Shown in pieces: positions 48,161 through 56,572 of a DNA stretch of 64,000 bases. The stretch spans positions 151,425-215,424 of the forward strand of contig JAXMBC010000001.1 of assembly GCA_046350055.1 (NCBI GenBank), in the 5' to 3' direction. The stretch's first letter is position 1. The number at the start of each line of letters is the position of its first letter. The position numbers and the translations under genes were made by a program. The DNA is from Gemmatales bacterium. GTDB taxonomy: Bacteria > Planctomycetota > Planctomycetia > Gemmatales > HRBIN36. Below the pieces are notes generated by a model. It was not told where the DNA came from, did no database searches, and worked only from the letters and a program-made list of their open reading frames with translations.

Positions 48161-49237
48161 CTACGACTTGATGACAAGCGTGGACTGACCTTTTGCTTTC
48201 ACCTCGCCGATGGCGGCATGGGCCAGACAACCTGCCTGTTGAGCACGCTGCATCAGTTCAGCGGCTTTCTCTGCTGCAAGACTGACCAATAAACCACCTG
48301 ATGTCTGCGGATCAAATAGCATCTCGAGTAAATCGCAGTCCATATTCGGTTCAAGATGCATACCTTTCTCGACAAAGGACCGGTTCGTCCTGCGGGCTTT
48401 GGAAAAGTACTGGCCGCGCACCAGTTCCAGGACGCCTGGCAGTAACGGCAACTGGGTTAATCGCAGCTCTATCGTTACGTTGCTGCCTTGTGCCATTTCA
48501 TATGCATGCCCAGCCAGCCCAAATCCGGTAATATCGGTAGCTGCATGAAGGCCACCCACTTCACGACAGACTTCCGCAGCATCCCGATTTAGCCTGGTCA
48601 TGCTTTTTACTGCAGCTTCATAGGTCGCAGCAGGACACTTGCCCTTTCGTGCCGCTGTGGTGGCCAGGCCGGTTCCCAGCGGTTTGAAGAGTACCAGTAT
48701 ATCCCCCGGCTTAGCACCGGCGTTGGTCCAATACTCCTGTGGATGCACGGTGCCCGTCACCGCTAAACCAAACTTGATCTCGCTGTCTTTGACGGTGTGC
48801 CCGCCCAGGATGGTGCATCCCGCTTCCTGGCACTTGTCTGCCCCGCCAGCAAGTATCTCACCTAACAGGGTTAATGGCAGTTCCTTCTCAGGAAACCCTG
48901 CCAGATTCAAGGCAGTGATGGGTTTCCCCCCCATCGCATACACGTCAGATAGCGCATTGGCTGCTGCGATCTGTCCATACACAAAGGGATCATCCACCAC
49001 AGGTGGAAAGAAATCGATGGTCTGCACCAGTGCCAGCGTCTCAGACAGCTGAAAGATACCTGCGTCATCAGCTGTCTCCGTGCCCACCAGCAATCGTGGA
49101 TCGCTCGAACGAGGCAATGCCCTCAATACGGTGCTCAGTTCCCCCGGAGGCAGTTTTCCCGCACAGCCGGCACAGGAAGCGAAATCCGTTAATGATCGTG
49201 AATGACCCTGCAAATCTATCATTGTCTGCACTCGCAA
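48161..49237 (-). CDS. selD: selenide, water dikinase (selenophosphate synthetase), Cys-type
   Basis: N-terminal SCAGCAGKLPP loop (Cys and Lys equivalent to E. coli C17/K20), PurM-like fold motifs (DDAGI.., GGHT). Confidence 0.9.
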   Translation of the reverse strand: MRVQTMIDLQGHSRSLTDFASCAGCAGKLPPGELSTVLRALPRSSDPRLLVGTETADDAGIFQLSETLALVQTIDFFPPVVDDPFVYGQIAAANALSDVYAMGGKPITALNLAGFPEKELPLTLLGEILAGGADKCQEAGCTILGGHTVKDSEIKFGLAVTGTVHPQEYWTNAGAKPGDILVLFKPLGTGLATTAARKGKCPAATYEAAVKSMTRLNRDAAEVCREVGGLHAATDITGFGLAGHAYEMAQGSNVTIELRLTQLPLLPGVLELVRGQYFSKARRTNRSFVEKGMHLEPNMDCDLLEMLFDPQTSGGLLVSLAAEKAAELMQRAQQAGCLAHAAIGEVKAKGQSTLVIKS

Positions 49238-49363
49238 CAGGTGGCTGTGTGCTGGCTATTGTAGCTGCTGCAACACTTTTTCGGCCTTGCACGTTTCCCC
49301 CCTTTTGGCTATCTCCCCCGTTGTCAGAAGCTCTGTTTCAGCAATTGCGAGGGGAGGACTATC

Positions 49364-50626
49364 ATGGCTTTGCAGGAAAATGCTAAAGCGGGAGTCATGA
49401 GCCTGGCCACCAAAATTGGCAGCGGCGTTGTCGGTCTGGTCGTGGCGGGAGGCCTGATGTGGTTTACGCCCTTCATTGATCGGTTCGTCAAGCCTCCCAA
49501 GCCACTGGCCAATTTCTCTTCCGAAGAATCGTCCAGCGACCTCACCGTCACCTTCAAGAACCTCTCACAGAATGCCAAGGAGGCCAAGTGGGATTTCGGT
49601 GATGGTACTCCGCTTGAGATCGTCCCGGGCAATGTCTCTGAAGTGAAGCATAAATTCAAGAAGGCCAACACCTACAAGGTCAAACTGGTCGTGAACAATG
49701 TCGTGAATCAGGAAGACTCCCGTGAGAGCATGATTGCAGTCGGCCTCAAGCCCCAGATCATTGACCTCAGCATGAAGCCTGTGAATCAGAAAACCAAACC
49801 CTTCACTGCCGGTGTAAAGGTGAAGTTTGAAGCCACAGCGGATATTGATGCCAAGTTCGAATGGGACTTTGGCGATGGGATCTATCAGGATGGAAGTGAA
49901 TCCATCGTTCACGAGTTCACCATGCCGGGCAAACATCTGGTCAAAGTGCGTCCGGTGCTGGGGCACCAGAAGGGTTCGCCCAGCTTGCAGGAGATTGAAG
50001 TTCTGCCGATCAGCAGTCCTTCCATTCCCGTCTCCACTTCCACACCTCGCCGCAATGCCCCTGTAACAATGAGTGTCGAGGTCGCGGTGCGTTCCATCGT
50101 CACACCTGAGTTGCTCAAAAAAGAGCGACTATCCGTTGTCAATTTGAAGGGCAAAGGCAGCTCGAGCACTTTGACTGAGACTATTCGCGCCTCGGAAGGC
50201 TATGTCATCAAGTCGGCGCGATTGGAATCAGCTACCCTGAAGAAGTCAGCCAATGTCATCAATGAATCGGTCACAACTTCGGGCGATGGCAAGACAGCTA
50301 TCGTGACAGCCCAACTGACCAAGCTGGGTCAGGACTTTGGATTCAACGTGGCCGTGCGTTATGTGGAAGAACTGGATCCTGCTACCGTTCGCGAAAGCAA
50401 GGTTGTGCAGACCCTGCCCGGCACCAGCAGCCTGGATCTGCCCGTCGGCACGAAGCATGAGATCGAAATTAAACTCCAGAATCAGACTATCGTCAAACTC
50501 AATGAGTTGCCCATCGAGGCTGTGGAATTTACTGTGGATGGTCGTGTGTATCAGATCACCACATCCAAGCAGCGAAACAAAGTCAACGTCAATCTACGTC
50601 CTGGGGCATCACGGTTTCCCAATTAG
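49364..50626 (+). CDS. membrane-anchored PKD-domain protein
   Basis: N-terminal TM GSGVVGLVVAGGLMWF and two PKD signatures (AKWDFGDGTPLE; FEWDFGDGIYQDGSE). Confidence 0.7.
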   Translation: MALQENAKAGVMSLATKIGSGVVGLVVAGGLMWFTPFIDRFVKPPKPLANFSSEESSSDLTVTFKNLSQNAKEAKWDFGDGTPLEIVPGNVSEVKHKFKKANTYKVKLVVNNVVNQEDSRESMIAVGLKPQIIDLSMKPVNQKTKPFTAGVKVKFEATADIDAKFEWDFGDGIYQDGSESIVHEFTMPGKHLVKVRPVLGHQKGSPSLQEIEVLPISSPSIPVSTSTPRRNAPVTMSVEVAVRSIVTPELLKKERLSVVNLKGKGSSSTLTETIRASEGYVIKSARLESATLKKSANVINESVTTSGDGKTAIVTAQLTKLGQDFGFNVAVRYVEELDPATVRESKVVQTLPGTSSLDLPVGTKHEIEIKLQNQTIVKLNELPIEAVEFTVDGRVYQITTSKQRNKVNVNLRPGASRFPN

Positions 50627-50744
50627 CCGTGCGAGCGGTGCCCCTGGCTGCAACTCGGGTTGCATTCCAACAATAGATCGACTACTTTAGGCGCGGTGCA
50701 CGATGCACGCCCACGTTTGAAGCAGCACTGACAAGGAGGTCAGC

Positions 50745-51440
50745 ATGGCTCTGCCATTGCGCTGGATTTTTGCATCACTGATGCTTCTCAGTTGTCTTCC
50801 AAGCAGTCATGCGCAGGTAATCAACTTCCAATCGACAGTGAATTCCAGTTCTACCAACAGCAGTACACCTGCAACTGCTGTAGCATACTCGAGTTCAGTC
50901 AACTTCAGCCTGATGAATTGGCGTTCAGCCAGTCTTTCTCCCTATAGTCAGCCTGCGATAACCAGCAGCACTACCACCAACACCACCACAGCGCCATCGG
51001 TGATCCCCAGCACTACCAATCCCTATGTGGGAGCAACCCTGAGTTCGCAAGGCAGTCTGACCGGTAACACTTCCACTGCCTCCACGACTACCAGTGCAGC
51101 AGTGACTTCGCCCTCCGCACCTCGCAGTTCAGGATCATATTCCTCGCGATTCGTTTCCTACACCACTACACCCATCGAGAATGCTACAACCACGGGCATT
51201 GGTTCCACTATCGGCTCCAATTCCAACAGCTTCGTTACCCCCATCTCATTGCCAACGGAACTGTCGAACAGTTCCATTGTCAGCGTTCCGGAACCAGGAA
51301 CGGTTGCACTCTGTCTGGGGCTCGCCGCGATGATGGGGCTTGGGTATTCACGCCGACAATGGAAGAATGAAAAGGCATTACCTGCTGACGTGACATGCGT
51401 CGACGCAGCAGCCAGCGTCGATGAAACCATCTCGGCTTAG
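50745..51440 (+). CDS. Ser/Thr-rich PEP-CTERM sorting-domain protein
   Basis: Signal peptide ..LPSSHAQ, a long S/T-rich region, and C-terminal VPEPGTVALCLGLAAMMGLGYSRRQ (PEP motif + TM + basic tail). Confidence 0.8.
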   Translation: MALPLRWIFASLMLLSCLPSSHAQVINFQSTVNSSSTNSSTPATAVAYSSSVNFSLMNWRSASLSPYSQPAITSSTTTNTTTAPSVIPSTTNPYVGATLSSQGSLTGNTSTASTTTSAAVTSPSAPRSSGSYSSRFVSYTTTPIENATTTGIGSTIGSNSNSFVTPISLPTELSNSSIVSVPEPGTVALCLGLAAMMGLGYSRRQWKNEKALPADVTCVDAAASVDETISA

Positions 51441-51464
51441 TTCGTGTGCGAGTGCAGGATATCT

Positions 51465-51489
51465 TGCCCGTGGGTTGCATCCACGGGCA
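51465..51489 (+). terminator. intrinsic terminator-like hairpin after the PEP-CTERM gene
   Basis: tgcccgtgg-gttgcat-ccacgggca followed by gctttgtat. Confidence 0.5.
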
Positions 51490-51680
51490 GCTTTGTATCA
51501 GACTGCATTGTTGAGGGTTGTGTCGGGAGTGGAACGCATCGTCCACCAGGACAACTTCCCGAGTAGCGTGGAAATACTGACTTGCTACACAGAAAGAGCA
51601 CACCCGTAATACAGACAAACCAGATCATTTGCTTCATGAGTGAATCTCTACAACACCCTTCATTCTAGCGACCGCTGCGT

Positions 51681-53054
51681 TCATTTCTCTGGCTGAATCC
51701 CGAGTTCCTCAATTTTGCGATACAGCGAACTCAATGCCATGCCCAGATGCCTCGCTGCTTCACGCTTGTCGGGGAATTGTTTGAGAAGCCGTTCAATGTG
51801 CCTCTTTTCAAAGTGAGCCACTGCCAGACGGAGATCATCATCCAGACACACTTCGGGGTCAGGCACCAGATCGCTCGGCAGGTCGGTCAGGGTAATGAGC
51901 GGACCTTCACTGAGAATCACCGCCCGCTGCAGTACGTTGTCCAGTTCGCGGATATTCCCTTTCCAGACAGCAGATTGCAACACCCGGAGAGCCGCTTGAT
52001 CCACTCCCTTGACAGATTTTCCCATCGCCTTGTTCTGCTTGGCCAGAAGGAAGTCGACCAGTTCGGGAATATCCTCCCGTCGATCCCGCAGCGGAGGCAG
52101 TCGTAAGGAGACCACATTGAGTCGATAGTAGAGGTCTTCGCGGAACTTGCCCGCTTCCACGCAGCGGAGTAAATCCTTGTTCGTGGCTGCAATAATCCGC
52201 ACAGCTACTTTGACAGGTTCAGCGGCACCGACAGGCAATATCTCCTTCTGTTCTATCGCACGCAGTATCTTCGCCTGCGTGATCAGGCTCATCTCGCCGA
52301 TCTCATCCAGGAACAGGGTGCCCTGCCCTGCCTTCTGAAACAGTCCTTCGGTATCCTTGTCGGCTCCCGTGAAGGCACCTTTGCGATGACCAAAGAGCTG
52401 ACTCTCGAGTAGTTCATTGGGAATGGCTGCGCAGTTGATGGCGAGGAAACGCTCGTCGTGGTCGGGACCTTGCTCGTGCAAGGCCCGGGCGATCAGTTCC
52501 TTACCGGTACCACTCTCACCCAGGATAAGCACCGTGGCCCGGGTTCGGGCGATCTTGCTGAGCGTCGCCATGACTTCCTGCATGGCGGGACACTGCCCGA
52601 CAATCATTTCCGGATCAGCCGGGCGATGCAGTTCGCGGCGAAGCCACTGATTCTCCAGTTTCCATTGCCGGTACTGCAGGAGTTGCCTGACCTTGGCAGC
52701 AACTTCGCTGAATCGGAGCGGCTTCAACAGATAATCCTGGGCCCCTCGTTTGAAAGCCTCGACAGCCGTCTCCACGGTGCCGTAGGCTGTCACCAGGAGG
52801 ACAAACGTCTCAGGATTGCGTTGTTGCAGTCGCTCAAGCAGTTCCACGCCATCCATCTGTGGCATCTGGATATCTGTGAGCACGAGGTCGAATGGCTGCT
52901 CATCGGCCAGCTTCAATGCGCTGGGACCATCAGCGGCGGTTCGTACCGTGAAACCTTCCTGTTCCAGGAACTCAGCGAGCGATTCGCGGATCAGCAGTTC
53001 ATCATCCACGATGAGCAGGCGTGCTGTGACAGAGTTCCTGGCAGGGTTAGACAT
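51681..53054 (-). CDS. sigma-54-dependent (NtrC/Fis-family) response regulator
   Basis: REC domain (LLIVDDE..D..MP), AAA+ GESGTGKE, GAFTGA motif, C-terminal HTH. Confidence 0.9.
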   Translation of the reverse strand: MSNPARNSVTARLLIVDDELLIRESLAEFLEQEGFTVRTAADGPSALKLADEQPFDLVLTDIQMPQMDGVELLERLQQRNPETFVLLVTAYGTVETAVEAFKRGAQDYLLKPLRFSEVAAKVRQLLQYRQWKLENQWLRRELHRPADPEMIVGQCPAMQEVMATLSKIARTRATVLILGESGTGKELIARALHEQGPDHDERFLAINCAAIPNELLESQLFGHRKGAFTGADKDTEGLFQKAGQGTLFLDEIGEMSLITQAKILRAIEQKEILPVGAAEPVKVAVRIIAATNKDLLRCVEAGKFREDLYYRLNVVSLRLPPLRDRREDIPELVDFLLAKQNKAMGKSVKGVDQAALRVLQSAVWKGNIRELDNVLQRAVILSEGPLITLTDLPSDLVPDPEVCLDDDLRLAVAHFEKRHIERLLKQFPDKREAARHLGMALSSLYRKIEELGIQPEK

Positions 53055-54378
53055 GGTGCGCTGCTGATGAAAATTGAATTCGGAAAGTGGTGCCTTGCTG
53101 AGGCACAGAATGAACCGACACCGTTCCTCCCTGTTGTTCTACAAGGCGGCGAGTCATGAACAGCCCCAACCCCGTGCCATGGGGCTTGGTTGTGTAATAT
53201 GGTTGGAACAGCTTCGCCTGGGCTTCGGTGGAGATGCCACAACCATTATCATGCACTTCCAGGAACAGCTGGTTGTCTGCCTGGCCTCCAGTAATGCGGA
53301 CAGTACCACCCTTCTCCGTGGCATCGATGGCGTTCAGAATTAGATTGAGCAGTGCCTGCGTGAGTTGATCGCGTGACAACAGGAGATGCGGCAGATCATC
53401 GGGAACCTCGTTGAGCACTGTTTTGCCCTGATTGGTCTTGTAGTATTTGGCGATACTCAACGCTTCCCTGGCGACCGAGGCCAGGCTGGTGAGTGTTTTT
53501 TCCGCCGTGGCTGGCCTGCTGAAATTGACTAATTCACGCAGTGTTCCGCTGATGCGATCCAGTTGCCCTCCGACCAGTCCCAGCCTTTCCTGTACGTAGG
53601 GATCGCTGACTTTCCGTTGGGCCAATTGCACCAGAGAACTGATGGATGTCAGCGGGTTGCCTACCTCATGGGCAATGCCAGCCGCAAGCAAGCCGAATGC
53701 AGCCATCTTCTCCTGATGAATGAGCAGGGCCTGTGCTTCCTGCAATTCGGTGGTACGTTCTTCGATCCGAACTTCGAGCAGATTCTGCTGCGCCTGGAGT
53801 TGTGTATTGGCATCCACGAGTCGGCGGCTGGCGCGATGCAGGTGCCAGGCCATTGTCGACGCTGCCCAGGTAACCCACCCCATCACCACGATGTTCAGCA
53901 TGACACTGGGGATATCCTGCTGATCGCTCGGCACCACAAAAAACAGCAAGGTATAGCTAAGGCAATGCAAGGCACAGCTGAGATAGGGCACCACGACAGG
54001 ATACCGTAACGCCACCACCAGCAGCGACAGGAGATAATAGAACCGGTACGGGCTGTTCAAGCCTACATCATAACGGCACAGTAGCGTGATGAAGATGGTT
54101 TCCAGGAAAGCCACAAGGAGTGGATATCGGGACAGCAGAAACACATCACCCCGAAAGAAGTACCAGGTGTCGACACAAGCGTAGACGAGACCTACAGAAA
54201 GGAGCAGGTTCAACAGCACCGGTGAGTCGGGAGCGCGACCCGGCACATTGGCAAGAAGAAATCCCACCATCAGGCCGAACCACTGGATTCGAACAAGAAT
54301 GCCAGCTGCATCCCGTTCCCAGTCGGAACGGACGGGTGCCATCCAACTGGCCAGGGGAGAAATCAGTGTGCGGAACAT
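53047..54378 (-). CDS. polytopic membrane sensor histidine kinase
   Basis: About 6 TM helices, H-box AAGIAHEVGNPLTSI, HATPase_c (DNGCGIS, GTGLGLFMTRRLV). The stop overlaps the RR start by 8 nt. ATG at 54376-54378 chosen because the longer ORF would overlap the divergent gene. Confidence 0.85.
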   Translation of the reverse strand: MFRTLISPLASWMAPVRSDWERDAAGILVRIQWFGLMVGFLLANVPGRAPDSPVLLNLLLSVGLVYACVDTWYFFRGDVFLLSRYPLLVAFLETIFITLLCRYDVGLNSPYRFYYLLSLLVVALRYPVVVPYLSCALHCLSYTLLFFVVPSDQQDIPSVMLNIVVMGWVTWAASTMAWHLHRASRRLVDANTQLQAQQNLLEVRIEERTTELQEAQALLIHQEKMAAFGLLAAGIAHEVGNPLTSISSLVQLAQRKVSDPYVQERLGLVGGQLDRISGTLRELVNFSRPATAEKTLTSLASVAREALSIAKYYKTNQGKTVLNEVPDDLPHLLLSRDQLTQALLNLILNAIDATEKGGTVRITGGQADNQLFLEVHDNGCGISTEAQAKLFQPYYTTKPHGTGLGLFMTRRLVEQQGGTVSVHSVPQQGTTFRIQFSSAAHHV

Positions 54379-54486
54379 CGCGGTTATTGTAGTGCTGTTG
54401 CCTCTCTGCCGTCTGCTCCATGCAATTCGTACTGGCATTTCAGCTGGAGCAGGGCTACACTGTAGATATCTGAGGCAGGGTCGATT

Positions 54487-55539
54487 ATGGCGTACGAAAT
54501 CAATCAGGGACAGGGCTTTTATAACGATGGCAGCAACCAGATGGCTGGTCAACCTGCCCTCCAACAGCCAGTAGCCCCCGGGCATATTCCCATTGCTCCC
54601 GAAGAGAGCATGTGGAAGAAGTATTCGTCCCACTATGAGTTTCCGATCTCCGTACTCCTGGCCGTGCTTCTGCACGTTTTTGCCGTGCTGCTAGTGATTG
54701 CTTATATGGCCCTTGCCTTCTACTTTGGCGATCCCAAGCCGCCCGATATGGAAACCATCGTTTTCGCTGGTGGTGGTGGCGAAGGAGATGGTGTCAACGA
54801 AGAGTTCAAACCTGAAGTGAAGGATGAACTCAAGGTCGAACTGGATGAAATCAAGCCTATCCAGCCAGATCAGGTTCCAGATCAGATTGTTCCAGACAAG
54901 AACAAGTTCGAACAGGAAGTCAACAAGCTCCGTGCCGGCGATAAAGGCAAGGGTGGCCCCGGTTCAGGTGGTGGCAAAGGCGCAGGTATTGGTCGCGGTG
55001 AAGGCGATGGCGCAGGCGACGGAAAAGCCTCTGGTGCACGCCTGGCACGTACCAAACGGTGGCGTATCAACTTCAAATATGAAGACCCCGAAGGCTTTAT
55101 CGAAAAGCTGGCCAATCTGAAGGTCGTCGTTGGAGCTTACCTCAACAGCGGTCGGTTCCACATCTATGACGATATGAAGCCAGCTCCCCCCATGACCTTC
55201 AAGGAAATGAACCCCACGGAGTTTCAGGCTTTCGCTCAAAAGCTGCAGCGACTCTGGGTCGTCAACAAAGACCGCAGCGTAACGGAGTCGTTTGCACAGG
55301 GCGTCAACATGTCCAGCCGGCCCACCAACATCTTTATCTTCATCCCGCAGGACATGGAAGAAGCCATTCTGAAAAAGGAAGAAAGCTACCACGGCATCAA
55401 GGAAGCGGAGATCAAGAAACGCAAGATCTGGACCAAGTTTGATGTCCGGCGTACTGGCAGCGGATGGGATGTCCGCGTGGAAGGGACAGGGGTCGACCCG
55501 AATCTCAAGTATGATGATGACACGCCAGCCAAGAAGTAG
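54487..55539 (+). CDS. hypothetical bitopic membrane protein with Gly-rich linker (TonB-like architecture)
   Basis: One TM (ISVLLAVLLHVFAVLLVIAYMALAFYF), linker ..KGKGGPGSGGGKGAGIGRGEGDGAGDGK.., and a ~180-aa C-terminal domain of unknown family. Confidence 0.5.
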   Translation: MAYEINQGQGFYNDGSNQMAGQPALQQPVAPGHIPIAPEESMWKKYSSHYEFPISVLLAVLLHVFAVLLVIAYMALAFYFGDPKPPDMETIVFAGGGGEGDGVNEEFKPEVKDELKVELDEIKPIQPDQVPDQIVPDKNKFEQEVNKLRAGDKGKGGPGSGGGKGAGIGRGEGDGAGDGKASGARLARTKRWRINFKYEDPEGFIEKLANLKVVVGAYLNSGRFHIYDDMKPAPPMTFKEMNPTEFQAFAQKLQRLWVVNKDRSVTESFAQGVNMSSRPTNIFIFIPQDMEEAILKKEESYHGIKEAEIKKRKIWTKFDVRRTGSGWDVRVEGTGVDPNLKYDDDTPAKK

Positions 55540-55566
55540 CTGTCAGCAACCTGGCTGATTTCCTTG

Positions 55567-55593
55567 TCGTCCCCGGTCAGTCACCGGGGACGA
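55567..55593 (+). terminator. hairpin after 54487-55539
   Basis: tcgtccccggt-cagtc-accggggacga followed by ttcgtta. Confidence 0.5.
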
Positions 55594-55618
55594 TTCGTTA
55601 CCAAGCAGGAGTCGAGCA

Positions 55619-56572
55619 TTGCCTGAATCGCTCTCCTTTATCATTCCTGTGCATAACGAGGAGGAGAGCCTGCCTGCCCTGATGAAAGAGATTGAGCAGG
55701 TCATGGCGTCACAGACATGCCAGTGGCAGGCGATTCTGGTTGATGATGGCAGCACGGATGGCAGTTGGGACAGCATTCAGCAGCACAGTCAGACACATCC
55801 TCACTTCCAGGGTATCCGCTTCCGTAAGCGTTTCGGCAAGTCAGCTGCTCTTGCAGCTGGTTTCGCGCAAGCCACAGGCGACATACTGGTTACCATCGAT
55901 GGCGACCTGCAGGATGACCCCGCCGAAGTGCCCGGCCTGATCGAACAATTGAACCATGACAAGGTCGATCTTGTGACAGGCTGGAAGAAAACCCGTCACG
56001 ATCCGTGGCACAAGGTCTTCCCCAGCCGTGTGTTCAACTGGATGGTCAGCGTCCTCACCGGGGTCAAGCTCCATGATCATAACTGTGGTCTCAAGGTGAT
56101 GCGGAAAGCTGTCGTACAGGAAGTACAGCTGTATGGTGAACGCCATCGCTTCATACCCGTGCTTGCCGCCTCGCGAGGGTTCAAGGTGGCTGAGCGTGTC
56201 ATTCAGCATCGCCCCCGCCAGTTTGGACGATCGAAGTATGGCGTAAGTCGCTTCTTCAAAGGCTTTCTCGATCTGCTGACCGTCCGATTCCTTACCAGTT
56301 ACGAGCACCGGCCGCAGCATCTGCTCGGCATTGCCGGCGGCCTGTTTGCCTTCCTGGGACTGGCTGGCATGGGTTACCTCGCCTGGGACTGGTTCCAGCC
56401 CGGCCATACTCCCCTGCATCAGAGACCGCTGTTAACATACAGCGTAACCAGCCTGCTCCTGGGGGTACAGCTCTTCTCCATGGGCCTGCTGGCTGAACTC
56501 ATCACCGCCCAGCGACGCCGCCCTGAAGACACCTATAGTATCGCAGAACGAACGCCCGGTAATTTGCCATGA
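55619..56572 (+). CDS. GT2 polyprenyl-phosphate glycosyltransferase (ArnC/DPM1-like)
   Basis: LSFIIPVHNEEESL, ILVDDGSTDGS, DGDLQDDP, two C-terminal TM helices. Confidence 0.85.
   Translation: MPESLSFIIPVHNEEESLPALMKEIEQVMASQTCQWQAILVDDGSTDGSWDSIQQHSQTHPHFQGIRFRKRFGKSAALAAGFAQATGDILVTIDGDLQDDPAEVPGLIEQLNHDKVDLVTGWKKTRHDPWHKVFPSRVFNWMVSVLTGVKLHDHNCGLKVMRKAVVQEVQLYGERHRFIPVLAASRGFKVAERVIQHRPRQFGRSKYGVSRFFKGFLDLLTVRFLTSYEHRPQHLLGIAGGLFAFLGLAGMGYLAWDWFQPGHTPLHQRPLLTYSVTSLLLGVQLFSMGLLAELITAQRRRPEDTYSIAERTPGNLP

Noticed and set aside
51437-51637. 66-aa minus-strand ORF with a hydrophobic N-terminus (MKQMIWFVCITGVLFLCS) downstream of the NtrC-type regulator.
   Set aside because: Its 3' half runs through the terminator hairpin of the convergent PEP-CTERM gene. 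It has no clear SD and a non-canonical lipobox. Possible, but unsupported.
54431-54450. Sigma54-like promoter (TGGCAT-N5-CTGGA) about 40 nt upstream of the 54487 gene, next to the sigma54-dependent regulator.
   Set aside because: The spacing is right, but the near-invariant -12 GC is replaced by GG (GG-N10-GG). This is too weak to call without a genome-wide motif model.
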